Part shown: piece after piece, positions 1 through 9,388 of the stretch
Layout: each line of letters starts with the position of its first letter
Numbering within the stretch: position 1 is the stretch's first letter
Assembly (NCBI GenBank): GCA_017610305.1
Contig: JAFCCJ010000003.1
Location: 1-44,471, forward strand
Direction of reading: 5' to 3'
Length of the DNA stretch: 44,471 nucleotides
Origin: Candidatus Iainarchaeum sp.
Lineage (GTDB): Archaea > Iainarchaeota > Iainarchaeia > Iainarchaeales > JAFCCJ01
Translations under genes and position numbers: made by a program
Notes under the pieces: model-generated
The model's database searches: none
Told to the model about the DNA's origin: nothing
The model's input: only the letters and a program-made list of their open reading frames with translations

Positions 1-1179
1 ACAGACTCCGGAACAGGTGCGTCCGGAATTGAAAAGGTTGCCTTCTACAGGAAAGAAGAGGATGCCTGGGTTGAGATTGGTGAGGGAATCGGCGAGGGCG
101 AAAGATATTCCCTTGACTGGAACACATTTAATGCCCCAAATGGCAGGTATTTATTTAAGGCAGAGGTTACTGACAAGGCGGGAAATTTAGATAGTGAGGA
201 ATTCCTGATTAATGTTGAAAATACAGAATTCATCAGGGCCCAGGCAGAAACGGCGATTTCTAATGCAGAATCAGACAGGAACGCCACAAATGAATTTGTC
301 ATGAATCTGGCAAACCAGAATATCGATTCCAACAAGCTGGCGGAATTTCTTTCATGGGCGGATTCAAATGTGCTAAAAGCTCAGGACCTTTATGAAAGGG
401 GTTTTTATTTTGAGCGGGCTAAGGACCACGCAGAAACAGCCACAGAAATGTACCTCGGGGCTAAAGAAAAAGTTAAGGCAGAGAGCTATAAAACCGTAAA
501 GAAGGTATTTGATGATGAGCAGCTTATTCAAGTGCTTAACTCTGCGGGGCTGCAAGAGCATCTGCAGGAAGATTCTGCGGCACTGATTAAGAGATTCCAT
601 GCGGAACGAAAAATGAGAGTCCTAAAAGTTACGGACTTTGGCGAAACATATTATCTTGCCAATATTGTAATTTCAATTGAAAACAACGACAGGGATGAAC
701 TTAACATAAATATAATAGAAATTATTCCCAAAGAAGTGGTAGAAAATATCGAAGCAATTGAAACAAGCACCCCCTTCGATGTGTTAAAAGGGGATCCGAT
801 AATTGTATTCTCTCCTGAAACTATTCTCTACGGCAAACAGGCGGAAATCAGTTATGGTTTTGGGGGAGTCATGGATAAAGCAGCAGCTGATGCCCTTATT
901 GCTAGAGAGCTTGCCGGCAAATACACCGCCCCACCGATCTTTCTTGACTCATCTATAGAGGTAACCCCGTCCACAATATCGGCACCGTTGTTTGACATAG
1001 ATCTTTCAGGGATTTTATCAGGAGCCGATCTAGGCATTGTACTTATTGCCGGCGTCGTTATCATAATTTTTGTGATTGTTGTGGTTGTGATTGTCGTTGC
1101 GCTGATTATAGGGATTTTCTTTTTCATGAAAAGCAGAAAGAACTCAAGGCAAAAGGATCTGAAAGACTTTTTAAGGTGA
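1..1179 (+). CDS. Membrane-anchored surface protein with Ig-like domain (5'-truncated)
   Basis: Frame is open from base 1 (TDSGTGASGIEKVAFY...YSLDWNT...GRYLFKAEVTDKAGN, an Ig-like signature) into the 301 ORF; long C-terminal hydrophobic helix followed by a basic tail. Confidence 0.75.
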   Translation, partial: TDSGTGASGIEKVAFYRKEEDAWVEIGEGIGEGERYSLDWNTFNAPNGRYLFKAEVTDKAGNLDSEEFLINVENTEFIRAQAETAISNAESDRNATNEFVMNLANQNIDSNKLAEFLSWADSNVLKAQDLYERGFYFERAKDHAETATEMYLGAKEKVKAESYKTVKKVFDDEQLIQVLNSAGLQEHLQEDSAALIKRFHAERKMRVLKVTDFGETYYLANIVISIENNDRDELNINIIEIIPKEVVENIEAIETSTPFDVLKGDPIIVFSPETILYGKQAEISYGFGGVMDKAAADALIARELAGKYTAPPIFLDSSIEVTPSTISAPLFDIDLSGILSGADLGIVLIAGVVIIIFVIVVVVIVVALIIGIFFFMKSRKNSRQKDLKDFLR

Positions 1180-2240
1180 AAATTTTGAGCCTTGACAAAT
1201 ATCTCAAAAAATCCGCCTCAACAACCGACAAGGCCATTGAAAAGGTACTGCCAAAAAAAGCAGGGAAGAAATGGCTTGAGCAGATTGTGGGCAAAACAAG
1301 ATTTCAACTGGATTCCAAGGCAATAAATAACTCTGTTTCAAAACCAATCTGGGACTTTCTAAAACGTGGCGGAAAGAGATGGAGGCCCGCACTAATGCTG
1401 CTTTCAATCGGGGCGGTTGGGGGGAAACCATCAAAATTCAGGGAGTTTACCGCAATTCCGGAACTAATCCATACCGGAACAATAATAGTTGATGATGTGG
1501 AGGACAACTCAACCATGAGGAGGGGAAAGCCCTGCCTGCACTGCCTTTATGGCACAGACCTTGCAATTAACGACGGAAATCTCCTTTATTTTCTCCCGCT
1601 TTCACTTGTTTACAAAAACAGCAAAATTCCAAACAAGACCAAGGCAAGCATTTATGATTTTTATGCCGAGGAACTGATGAAGCTTTCCCTTGGGCAGGCT
1701 CTTGACATTTATTGGCATCAGGGCCACGCGAAGAAAGTTACAGAAAGTCAATATATGCAGATGTGCGAATTCAAGACAGGAACCCTGGCGAGATTTTCCG
1801 CGAAGCTTGGCGCCCTGCTTGGTGGCGGGCGCGAAAGACAAATTACGGCTCTTGGAAACTTCGCGGCAATGATTGGCGTCGGTTTTCAGATTCAGGATGA
1901 TATTCTTAATATTGCCCCCTCCAAAGGCTGGGGAAAGGAGATTGGTGATGACATAAGCGAGGGCAAAAGAACATTACTGGTTCTTCACACACTGAAAAAG
2001 GCCGGCCCAAGAGACAGGAAAAGGCTCCTGAAAATACTGGATATGCAGACCAAAAACAGGAAACTTGTAAAAGAGGCAATTGCATTAATTAAAAAATATG
2101 GTTCAATTGATTACGCAAAAAAGAAAGCAAAAAAACTCGTAAAGGACAGCTGGGAAGAACTGGATTCTGTGCTAAAAGAAAGCAGTTACAAAAAAAGGCT
2201 TAAAGAATTTGCCGATTTTCTGATAGACCGGGAGATTTAA
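1176..2240 (+). CDS. idsA: Polyprenyl (geranylgeranyl) diphosphate synthase
   Basis: GGKRWRP, ELIHTGTIIVDDVED..RRG (FARM), GQALD, KTG, FQIQDD (SARM), DDISEGK. Confidence 0.93.
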   Translation: MKILSLDKYLKKSASTTDKAIEKVLPKKAGKKWLEQIVGKTRFQLDSKAINNSVSKPIWDFLKRGGKRWRPALMLLSIGAVGGKPSKFREFTAIPELIHTGTIIVDDVEDNSTMRRGKPCLHCLYGTDLAINDGNLLYFLPLSLVYKNSKIPNKTKASIYDFYAEELMKLSLGQALDIYWHQGHAKKVTESQYMQMCEFKTGTLARFSAKLGALLGGGRERQITALGNFAAMIGVGFQIQDDILNIAPSKGWGKEIGDDISEGKRTLLVLHTLKKAGPRDRKRLLKILDMQTKNRKLVKEAIALIKKYGSIDYAKKKAKKLVKDSWEELDSVLKESSYKKRLKEFADFLIDREI

Positions 2241-2250
2241 TTAAAATCCC

Positions 2251-3003
2251 CTAAGCATCCTCATATTCTTCCTCAATTTTATGGATGGTTACTCCCTTCT
2301 CACTAATTTCTATCGGGTGCAAGTCCTCTGAGTGATGTGTTGCTCTCATTTTTCTGATGTGCATGGTTCTGTTGGACTGTGTCCCAATACCCATGTAATG
2401 CAGAACAATCACGCCATCAACAACATATTCCTCCACACCATACTTCCCATACTTATTAGCGCCCTCCTGAATCTCAGAGGTAAGTATTGAGGTAACGCCA
2501 ATACGCATAAGCAAATAACTGAGTTTTAAAATGGCCTTCCTTATCTCGTTTGAATTTTCAAAGTTGAAACCAAGTGCAGGAATTGAATCAATAACAACCC
2601 TCTTTGCCCCAATCCTTTTTGTCACATGCATTATTTCCAGGAGCAGTTTATCAAGGTCAAAGCCTGTTGCAGGCATTGAAAATTCTTCCTCCGAAGGAAT
2701 TCCGATCTTTGCAATGCTCCCATCAATAATCTGAAGCATATTTTCCTCTTCAAGCTTTCTCAAATCCCAGCCAAATCTGGTTACGTCCTGCCTTATGAGG
2801 TCAGGCCTCTCATCTAAAGTTACATAAACCCCTGGCTCAGAAAACATCTTTGCCCCGTTGTAAAGATACTGCATTGAAAGAATGGTCTTCCCTGTTCCGC
2901 AGGCACCGGAAACAAGAATGGTTCTCCCCTCAGGAAAACCCCCCTCCATTAGTTCATCCAAGCCCTTAATGCCTGTAGCTATCCTTTTCAAAAAAATCAC
3001 CAA
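2251..3003 (-). CDS. Single-domain KaiC-like RecA-superfamily ATPase
   Basis: TGIKGLD, Walker A GACGTGKT, Walker B VVIDSI, EYVVDG, KMR; probable start TTG at 2991 after GGTGA. Confidence 0.9.
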   Translation of the reverse strand: MVIFLKRIATGIKGLDELMEGGFPEGRTILVSGACGTGKTILSMQYLYNGAKMFSEPGVYVTLDERPDLIRQDVTRFGWDLRKLEEENMLQIIDGSIAKIGIPSEEEFSMPATGFDLDKLLLEIMHVTKRIGAKRVVIDSIPALGFNFENSNEIRKAILKLSYLLMRIGVTSILTSEIQEGANKYGKYGVEEYVVDGVIVLHYMGIGTQSNRTMHIRKMRATHHSEDLHPIEISEKGVTIHKIEEEYEDA

Positions 3004-3170
3004 AATAAATTAACACTAACTACTATTTATACCTAATTGATGGGTGAATTGTTCCCGTAATTCAAGTTTAACAGGGTAAAAACAAAAAACAGCAGAATTA
3101 ATTACGAAAAGAATCACAATTATAAATCTTTAGATGTTATTAATATGCGGTCATGTGAGGTGCGTATGCG

Positions 3171-4406
3171 ATGAATAAAAAGATTTTAATTTTGTTTTCA
3201 ATTTTGCTGCTTTCGGTGGCGGTTTCAGGGGCGGACATTGACCGCTTGCTTAAGGTAAATAATGATTATTCCTATTCTCCCTCAAACCCCTATGTCGGGG
3301 ATGTTATAACGCTAAATGCCTCAATTGAGAATGTCGGCAACAGAAACGCCGCAACCGGTATAAAGGCCGAACTCTTCCTTAACGGCAATTACTTTGAGTC
3401 GATTGATATTGTGGAGGAAATAGAAAGCATCCCCCCAGGCCAGACAGCCCCAATATTTTTCCAGTATAAAATTAAGGATAACGCCTATACCGGAATTTAC
3501 AAATACAACATAAACCTTAGCTTTTTCAATGGTCAGCAGGACATAGAATACACCTACGACCTAAATCTCTTTGTGACAGAATGTTATGTCCTCGATATTG
3601 AAAATATTTCGCTTGACAATTACGCCCCGCACATAGGGGAGAGGTTCAATGTTAGTGCAAAGGTGAAAAATACCTGCTTCAACAATGTTCGCGACGTTAT
3701 CGTTGAGCTTGAACCCGTGACAAATTCAACTTTCGACCCATTTATCCTGCGCTCAAGTTCAACAATCAGACTCCCATTAATAGGGCCAGGGGAATCCAAG
3801 CAGGTTTCATTCTCCCTTCAGCCAGGCGAGAACACAGATCCCGGGCTGTATGTTTTCAGCATAGGCGCAAATTGCGTTGACTGCACACAGGTTTATTCAA
3901 ACAATTTCTCCTTTGAGGCAAAAGGCGAGCCAGCCCTCATCTTCTCAGGGATAGAGATTTCGGTGAACAGCCCGCTTGGGGACAAAAGAATAATGCAGGG
4001 AATGCCCTTTTCACTTTCAGTCCAACTGGACAATATTGGCACAGAAACCGCGAAAAAAATTGCAGTGAACATAGATGTTGATGGCGGCATAACAGGCGTA
4101 ACAGAATCATATATTGGAAACCTTGATGAAGACGATTCAGGGGCGGCAATATTTGACCTTGACACCTCCCTGTTTGCAGAATCAGGGGAGCATGTGGCAA
4201 CCATAACTGTTTCATACCTTGATGAAATGGGCGAACCACAGGAATTCTCCCAACCATATACAATTTATGTGGCTGAGCAGCCGCCAACCTCCCCGCTAAT
4301 ATGGATTTTAATCCTTATTTTGTTAATTGTTGTGTTGGTGATAGCCTACTTCATAATCAAGATGGTTCTGAGGCAGCTGGCAATAATTAAGTCACAGTCG
4401 CGATGA
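3171..4406 (+). CDS. Secreted CARDB/S-layer-like (COG1361-type) protein, ABC-transporter associated
   Basis: Signal peptide, repeated NxG...V.V.L / I.PGE Ig-like modules, C-terminal TM; overlaps the permease start. Confidence 0.8.
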   Translation: MNKKILILFSILLLSVAVSGADIDRLLKVNNDYSYSPSNPYVGDVITLNASIENVGNRNAATGIKAELFLNGNYFESIDIVEEIESIPPGQTAPIFFQYKIKDNAYTGIYKYNINLSFFNGQQDIEYTYDLNLFVTECYVLDIENISLDNYAPHIGERFNVSAKVKNTCFNNVRDVIVELEPVTNSTFDPFILRSSSTIRLPLIGPGESKQVSFSLQPGENTDPGLYVFSIGANCVDCTQVYSNNFSFEAKGEPALIFSGIEISVNSPLGDKRIMQGMPFSLSVQLDNIGTETAKKIAVNIDVDGGITGVTESYIGNLDEDDSGAAIFDLDTSLFAESGEHVATITVSYLDEMGEPQEFSQPYTIYVAEQPPTSPLIWILILILLIVVLVIAYFIIKMVLRQLAIIKSQSR

Positions 4407-5539
4407 TTAAATTATCATTCCTTAACCTGTTCAGGAGAAAGAGCAGGACCTTTCTTACCCTGCTTGCAATAGCGGTAGGTGTGGCATCAATAATTGTCCT
4501 GGTTTCCCTTGTGGACGGGGTTGTTGCTGACTTTACCGAAGTTTTTGAGCAGTTTCAGGGGCTCATAGTTCTGGAAAAAGGCGCTGCTGATGTTCCCTTC
4601 TCCAAACTTGACCGTTCCTTTGAGCATAAGCTGGAAAAAATAAATGGCGTGAAAGTTGCAATACCTGAAATATGGGTCCTGCCTAATAAAATTGATGGCC
4701 AAATACCAGAATTTTCCCTTGCAACAGTCATGGTTTATGGCCTGGACCTGGATAAATATCATGTTTCCTCAGGGTCTGGCTGGATTGCAGAGGTCGAGAA
4801 AGGCAGTTTTATAAGAAACAGCGACACCGATAGCGTTGTAATTGGAAAAAAAATTGCAGAGGATTATGATAAGTTTGTAGGTTCTGTACTTGACATAGAC
4901 GGTAAAAAATATAGGGTAAAGGGTATTTTTGCCGGGCAATCAGAATTCATTGAAGGGGTAATTGTAATGCCGCTTGAAGCCGCCCGCGAATTGGCTGATT
5001 TGGATGCGGATAAGGTAAACAGCTTTACAGTAGGCCTTACTGACCCGAGCAAAGATAAGCAGATTGCGGAACAAATAGAATTCATTTATAGTGATGATTT
5101 GCAGGCGCTTTCAATGTCACAATACTCTGAGCAGTTTGGCGAGATCTTTGGGAGTTTAAGGCTGCTGGTATGGGCAATAGCCGCAATAGCGGCAGTTGTT
5201 GCAGGAGTCGGCATAATAAACACGATTCTCATGAGCATTTTAGACCGCACTGCGGAAATCGGCACATTAAAGGCAACTGGATGGACCAATGAAAATGTTT
5301 TCATGATGATAATGTATGAGGCACTTTCAATAGGCATTTTAGGGGGAATAATTGGCCTGATTTTAGGATTTATGGTTGACCTGTTTTTGGCATCTATTTT
5401 AAACATAAATTTCCTGATTACAGTCCCCCTTCTGTTGCAGGCCTTTTTGTTTGCATTGTTTATAGGCCTTATTGCGGGAATTTATCCCGCTTATAGGGCA
5501 GTAAAACTTGATCCAATAGAAGCTATAAGGAGTGGTTGA
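4403..5539 (+). CDS. MacB/FtsX-family ABC permease
   Basis: RRKSRTFLT, GIINTILMSILDRTAEIGTLKATGW, PAYRAVKLDPIEAIR. Confidence 0.93.
   Translation: MIKLSFLNLFRRKSRTFLTLLAIAVGVASIIVLVSLVDGVVADFTEVFEQFQGLIVLEKGAADVPFSKLDRSFEHKLEKINGVKVAIPEIWVLPNKIDGQIPEFSLATVMVYGLDLDKYHVSSGSGWIAEVEKGSFIRNSDTDSVVIGKKIAEDYDKFVGSVLDIDGKKYRVKGIFAGQSEFIEGVIVMPLEAARELADLDADKVNSFTVGLTDPSKDKQIAEQIEFIYSDDLQALSMSQYSEQFGEIFGSLRLLVWAIAAIAAVVAGVGIINTILMSILDRTAEIGTLKATGWTNENVFMMIMYEALSIGILGGIIGLILGFMVDLFLASILNINFLITVPLLLQAFLFALFIGLIAGIYPAYRAVKLDPIEAIRSG
5172..5223 (+). repeat. 52-bp exact direct repeat, copy 1 (copy 2 at 7017-7068)
   Basis: GGGCAATAGCCGCAATAGCGGCAGTTGTTGCAGGAGTCGGCATAATAAACAC is identical in both permease genes. 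Confidence 0.9.
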
Positions 5540-5540
5540 A

Positions 5541-6233
5541 ATGATTGTTGCTGAAAATGTCACCAAAGAATACAAAATGGGCGAGGTAATTGTCCGTGCC
5601 TTGGCAGGGGTTTCAATTAAAATTGAAGAGGGGGATTTTGTAGTTATAGTTGGCCCAAGCGGTTCTGGAAAGAGCACATTAATGCACATACTTGGCGCAT
5701 TAGATAAACCAACTGCGGGAAAGGTATTAATTGACGGGGAAGACATTTCTGAAATGGATGATTGGGAGCTTGCAATGCTGAGAAGGAAGAAGATTGGCTT
5801 TATTTTCCAGAATTTCAATCTAATTCCCACACTTAATGCACTTGAAAATGTGGTAATTCCAACAGAACCCCTACCCGGAGATAAAACAAAATATGACCAG
5901 AGAGGAATTGAGCTCCTGAAAATGCTTGGCCTGGGCGATCGCCTATTGCACAAACCAAGTGAACTCAGTGGCGGTCAAAGGCAAAGGGTTTCTATTGCAA
6001 GATCCCTGATAAATAATCCTGAAGTGATTTTTGCCGATGAGCCCACAGGAAACCTCGATACCGTAACCGGCAACCACATAGTTGAAATAATGAGAAAACT
6101 CAATAAGGAAGAAAAAAAGACATTTGTAATAGTAACCCATGACCAAAGCCTTTTGGATTATGCAAACAAGCAGGTTTTCATCAGGGATGGAAAGATCGAG
6201 AAACAAACAAAAAAGAAAATAATTAAGAACTAG
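5541..6233 (+). CDS. LolD/MacB-type ABC ATP-binding protein
   Basis: GPSGSGKS, LSGGQRQRV, ADEPTGNLD, VTHD; ATG 5541 preferred over GTG 5532. Confidence 0.95.
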   Translation: MIVAENVTKEYKMGEVIVRALAGVSIKIEEGDFVVIVGPSGSGKSTLMHILGALDKPTAGKVLIDGEDISEMDDWELAMLRRKKIGFIFQNFNLIPTLNALENVVIPTEPLPGDKTKYDQRGIELLKMLGLGDRLLHKPSELSGGQRQRVSIARSLINNPEVIFADEPTGNLDTVTGNHIVEIMRKLNKEEKKTFVIVTHDQSLLDYANKQVFIRDGKIEKQTKKKIIKN

Positions 6234-6238
6234 ATTAG

Positions 6239-7399
6239 GTGAAGAATATGCTGGGAATAGCTTTTTCAAATATAACAAAAAGCAAGACACGCACACTTCT
6301 CTCACTCATTGGAATCATTATCGGAGTGGCGGCAATCATTATAATGGTTGCAACAGTGCAAGGCCAGCTTGAAGAGGTTCAGGAGGCAATCTCCAATGTG
6401 CAGGGCATTAGAATTGCGCCGGCAAATCTCCTTCAAGCTTTTGTGCCAAGCATGGATATTGAATGGGTCGATAAGCTTGAATCAATAAGGGGCGTTAAGG
6501 TGGCGGTTCCTATTATTTCTGGAATGTTGACCTCAGTAGACGGCAAAGACCTAATGTTAATGCCGCTCAAGTTTATTGCTCCAGACCCTTACAGGCTTTC
6601 AAAGGCAGGTGATGTAGGAATCGGCGGAGAGGTTCCAAGAAATCAGGGAAGGATGCTGGAAGCAGGGGATACAGGCGTGGCAGTAATAGGTTCTGTCATA
6701 GCTGATGATTATGGTAAATCTGTTGGAAGCACGATAAAGCTCCAGGAAACAAAATTCCGGGTTATAGGCATATTTTCTTCAGGCTCTGCCCTTTTGGACA
6801 CCCTTATTCTGATAAGTTTGGAAGACGGCAGGGAACTTTTGAAGGGGGATAATGACAAGGTAAGTGCCTTTGTGGTTGCTGCAAATAATCCTGAGGAAGA
6901 GTCAAAAGTAGCAAGGCTAATAGAGTTCAGGTATGGGGAGGAGGTTACTGCAATTCAGACCAACAGCCTTGCAGACCAGTTTGGCGAATTTATTCTTATT
7001 TTTGAGGCATTGGTTGGGGCAATAGCCGCAATAGCGGCAGTTGTTGCAGGAGTCGGCATAATAAACACAATGCTGATGAGTGTTGTTGAAAGATTTAAGG
7101 AGATTGGTGCCCTGAAGGCAACAGGCTGGAGCAACGATAATATTTTGAAAATGGTTCTCTATGAATCAATTTTGATTTCCATTTTAGGGGGGCTAATCGG
7201 AGCCATAATTGGCGTTTCAATTTCAATTTTGATTGATGTTGGTTTTGGGCTTAGAGTTTCTTTCACCTTGGTTGGGGTGCCTTATTTATTGGTTGTAATT
7301 GCATTTCTTTTTGCGGTTTTCATTGGCCTTATTGCAGGCTTATATCCGGCATGGATTGCATCGAAAATGGACCCAATTGACGCATTGAGGGCAGAATAA
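6239..7399 (+). CDS. MacB/FtsX-family ABC permease (second paralogue)
   Basis: GIINTMLMSVVERFKEIGALKATGW, PAWIASKMDPIDALR; probable start ATG 6248. Confidence 0.93.
   Translation: MKNMLGIAFSNITKSKTRTLLSLIGIIIGVAAIIIMVATVQGQLEEVQEAISNVQGIRIAPANLLQAFVPSMDIEWVDKLESIRGVKVAVPIISGMLTSVDGKDLMLMPLKFIAPDPYRLSKAGDVGIGGEVPRNQGRMLEAGDTGVAVIGSVIADDYGKSVGSTIKLQETKFRVIGIFSSGSALLDTLILISLEDGRELLKGDNDKVSAFVVAANNPEEESKVARLIEFRYGEEVTAIQTNSLADQFGEFILIFEALVGAIAAIAAVVAGVGIINTMLMSVVERFKEIGALKATGWSNDNILKMVLYESILISILGGLIGAIIGVSISILIDVGFGLRVSFTLVGVPYLLVVIAFLFAVFIGLIAGLYPAWIASKMDPIDALRAE
7017..7068 (+). repeat. 52-bp exact direct repeat, copy 2
   Basis: Identical to 5172-5223. Confidence 0.9.
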
Positions 7400-9295
7400 T
7401 TACCTTGACACTTCCAGAACGCCCTTAACAGAATTTAGTTCAGAAATCACTTTATCCAAATGTTTAAGGCCGCTGATTTTCAGCCCAAACCTGCAATTAA
7501 TATATCCCGTTTTCACAGACTTTGCATTTGCAGAAGTTACATTTATTTTGTTCCTGGAAAATACGGACAAAAGATCGCTGAGCATTCCAATCCTGTCCTC
7601 CCCCCGCACTTTCAACTCAACAGCATAATCTCCCCTGGTCCCAAGGCCCCAATCCACCTTAACCCCCTTCCTTATATTCTCCTTACCAAGCTCCTCGCAG
7701 TCCGTTCTGTGCACAGAAATCTTTCTTTTGGTGGTTATAAATCCGGTTATTTCATCTCCGGGAACAGGGCTGCAGCATTTTGCAAGTTTTATCTTACGGT
7801 CATGCTTTTTAATTGTAATTGCCTTAACCGGCTTATCCTTAATCCTGGGTTTCTTCACACTCAAGTGCAGCCTTTGCCTTATCTTATTTTTTGCCTTTGA
7901 GGTATTTACAAATCCTAACCAGCTTGTCTTTGGCTGCTGTTTAGCGGAAGTTATTATTTCCACAAGGTCGCCATTGTCAAGCTCATGGTTTAATGCAACC
8001 GCCTTTCCATTAACCTTTGCCTGTTGGCAGCGGTCACCAACCTCAGAATGCACGGCATATGCAAAATCCAATGCAGTCGCGCCTGTCGGAAGCTCAACAA
8101 CCTCCCCTTTTGGGGTTAGCGTAAATATATCGCTCTCAAAAAAGTCCACCTTAAGGGAACCGACCTCCCCGCCCTTTGACTCCTTTCTCCATTCCAGAAG
8201 CTCCCTCAACCAGGTCAGTTTCCGGTCATATTTATCCTCTTTTGCCCTTCCCTTGTAGAGCCAGTGCCCGGCAGCCCCGAATTCAGATATCTGATGCATC
8301 TCTTTAGTTCTTATCTGAATCTCAATTGGCTTTCTCCCAGGGCCTATGACTGCAGTATGCAGCGACTGGTAAAGATTTGACTTAGGTTTTGCTATATAAT
8401 CATCAAATTCCCCCGGCAATGGTTTCCAGAGAGAATGAATTATGCCCAAAATCTCATAGCACCCCTCAACCGAGTCGGTTATCACCCTTATTGCACTAAG
8501 GTCATAGATTTCCTCGAATGAACTGTTCTTCCTTTGCATCTTGTTGTAAATGCCGTAGACGTGTTTTGCCCTACCCTCAATTATTACACTTATTTTCCTT
8601 TCCTTTAATTTTTTTTCTAAGATAGATTTTGCCTTAGCAATCTCCCTTAATCTTTCCCGTTCCCCCCCCTTTATTTTTTTCTGGAGGCTATTGAAAACAT
8701 CCGGGTTAGAATTCTTGAGCCACAAATCTTCAAGTTCTGACTTAATTTGCTGGACCCCAAGCTTATGGGCAAGTGGCGCATATATTTGGTCTGTTTCCTC
8801 AAGAAGTATTTTTTGTGATTCTTTAGGGATGACCTCGAAACACCTCATATTGTGCACCATATCTGCCAACTGAATAAGCACCAGCCTAAGGTCCTTGGTC
8901 ATCGCAAGAATTATTTTTTTTGTCTGTTCCGTTCCCTGTTCCATGTTTCCCGAGAGGTAACTAAACATAAACTTGTCAAGCTCGGTAACGATGTTTGCCA
9001 CCTCACCACCCACCGCTTCGGAGATTTCCTTTTTACTTGTGCCATGGCTAATGACATTATGAATCAGTGCGGCGGCAACAGTTATTGAATCAGCATTTAC
9101 CGAAATCAAAATTTTTGCAACTTCTAAATTGTGCCACATCAATGGCCTGCCCCCGAGGTCCAATGCCCCGCTAAGCTTTTTGATTCCAAAATCATAGGCC
9201 CGTTCCAACAGAACCATATCTAATTCAGGACTGGATTTAGCCAGCTCCCTGAGATCCCCCTTCTTATCCAATTCTCTAATCTCTGCAGACGCCAT
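7400..9295 (-). CDS. relA: Long RelA/SpoT homologue, RelA-like (p)ppGpp synthetase with degenerate hydrolase domain
   Basis: YAPLAHKLG, GRAKHVYGIYNKM, DLSAIRVI, EFDDYIAKPK, YQSLHT, EIQIRT; TGS (FTLTPKG..DFAYAVHSEVG); ZFD (KCCSPVPGD..VHRTDC); ACT (DRIGMLSDL). HD motif reads HNVISH. Confidence 0.93.
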   Translation of the reverse strand: MASAEIRELDKKGDLRELAKSSPELDMVLLERAYDFGIKKLSGALDLGGRPLMWHNLEVAKILISVNADSITVAAALIHNVISHGTSKKEISEAVGGEVANIVTELDKFMFSYLSGNMEQGTEQTKKIILAMTKDLRLVLIQLADMVHNMRCFEVIPKESQKILLEETDQIYAPLAHKLGVQQIKSELEDLWLKNSNPDVFNSLQKKIKGGERERLREIAKAKSILEKKLKERKISVIIEGRAKHVYGIYNKMQRKNSSFEEIYDLSAIRVITDSVEGCYEILGIIHSLWKPLPGEFDDYIAKPKSNLYQSLHTAVIGPGRKPIEIQIRTKEMHQISEFGAAGHWLYKGRAKEDKYDRKLTWLRELLEWRKESKGGEVGSLKVDFFESDIFTLTPKGEVVELPTGATALDFAYAVHSEVGDRCQQAKVNGKAVALNHELDNGDLVEIITSAKQQPKTSWLGFVNTSKAKNKIRQRLHLSVKKPRIKDKPVKAITIKKHDRKIKLAKCCSPVPGDEITGFITTKRKISVHRTDCEELGKENIRKGVKVDWGLGTRGDYAVELKVRGEDRIGMLSDLLSVFSRNKINVTSANAKSVKTGYINCRFGLKISGLKHLDKVISELNSVKGVLEVSR

Positions 9296-9388
9296 AGATA
9301 TATTCTAAATGCGGCATTTTTTTAGGTCTTTTCATCCCCCGTTAGATATATATATTACTTCGATATTTAGTTCAAACTGGGGAATTAT

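Noticed and set aside
2251-3003. Circadian clock system
   Set aside because: Single-domain protein with no kaiA/kaiB; this family is widespread in archaea.
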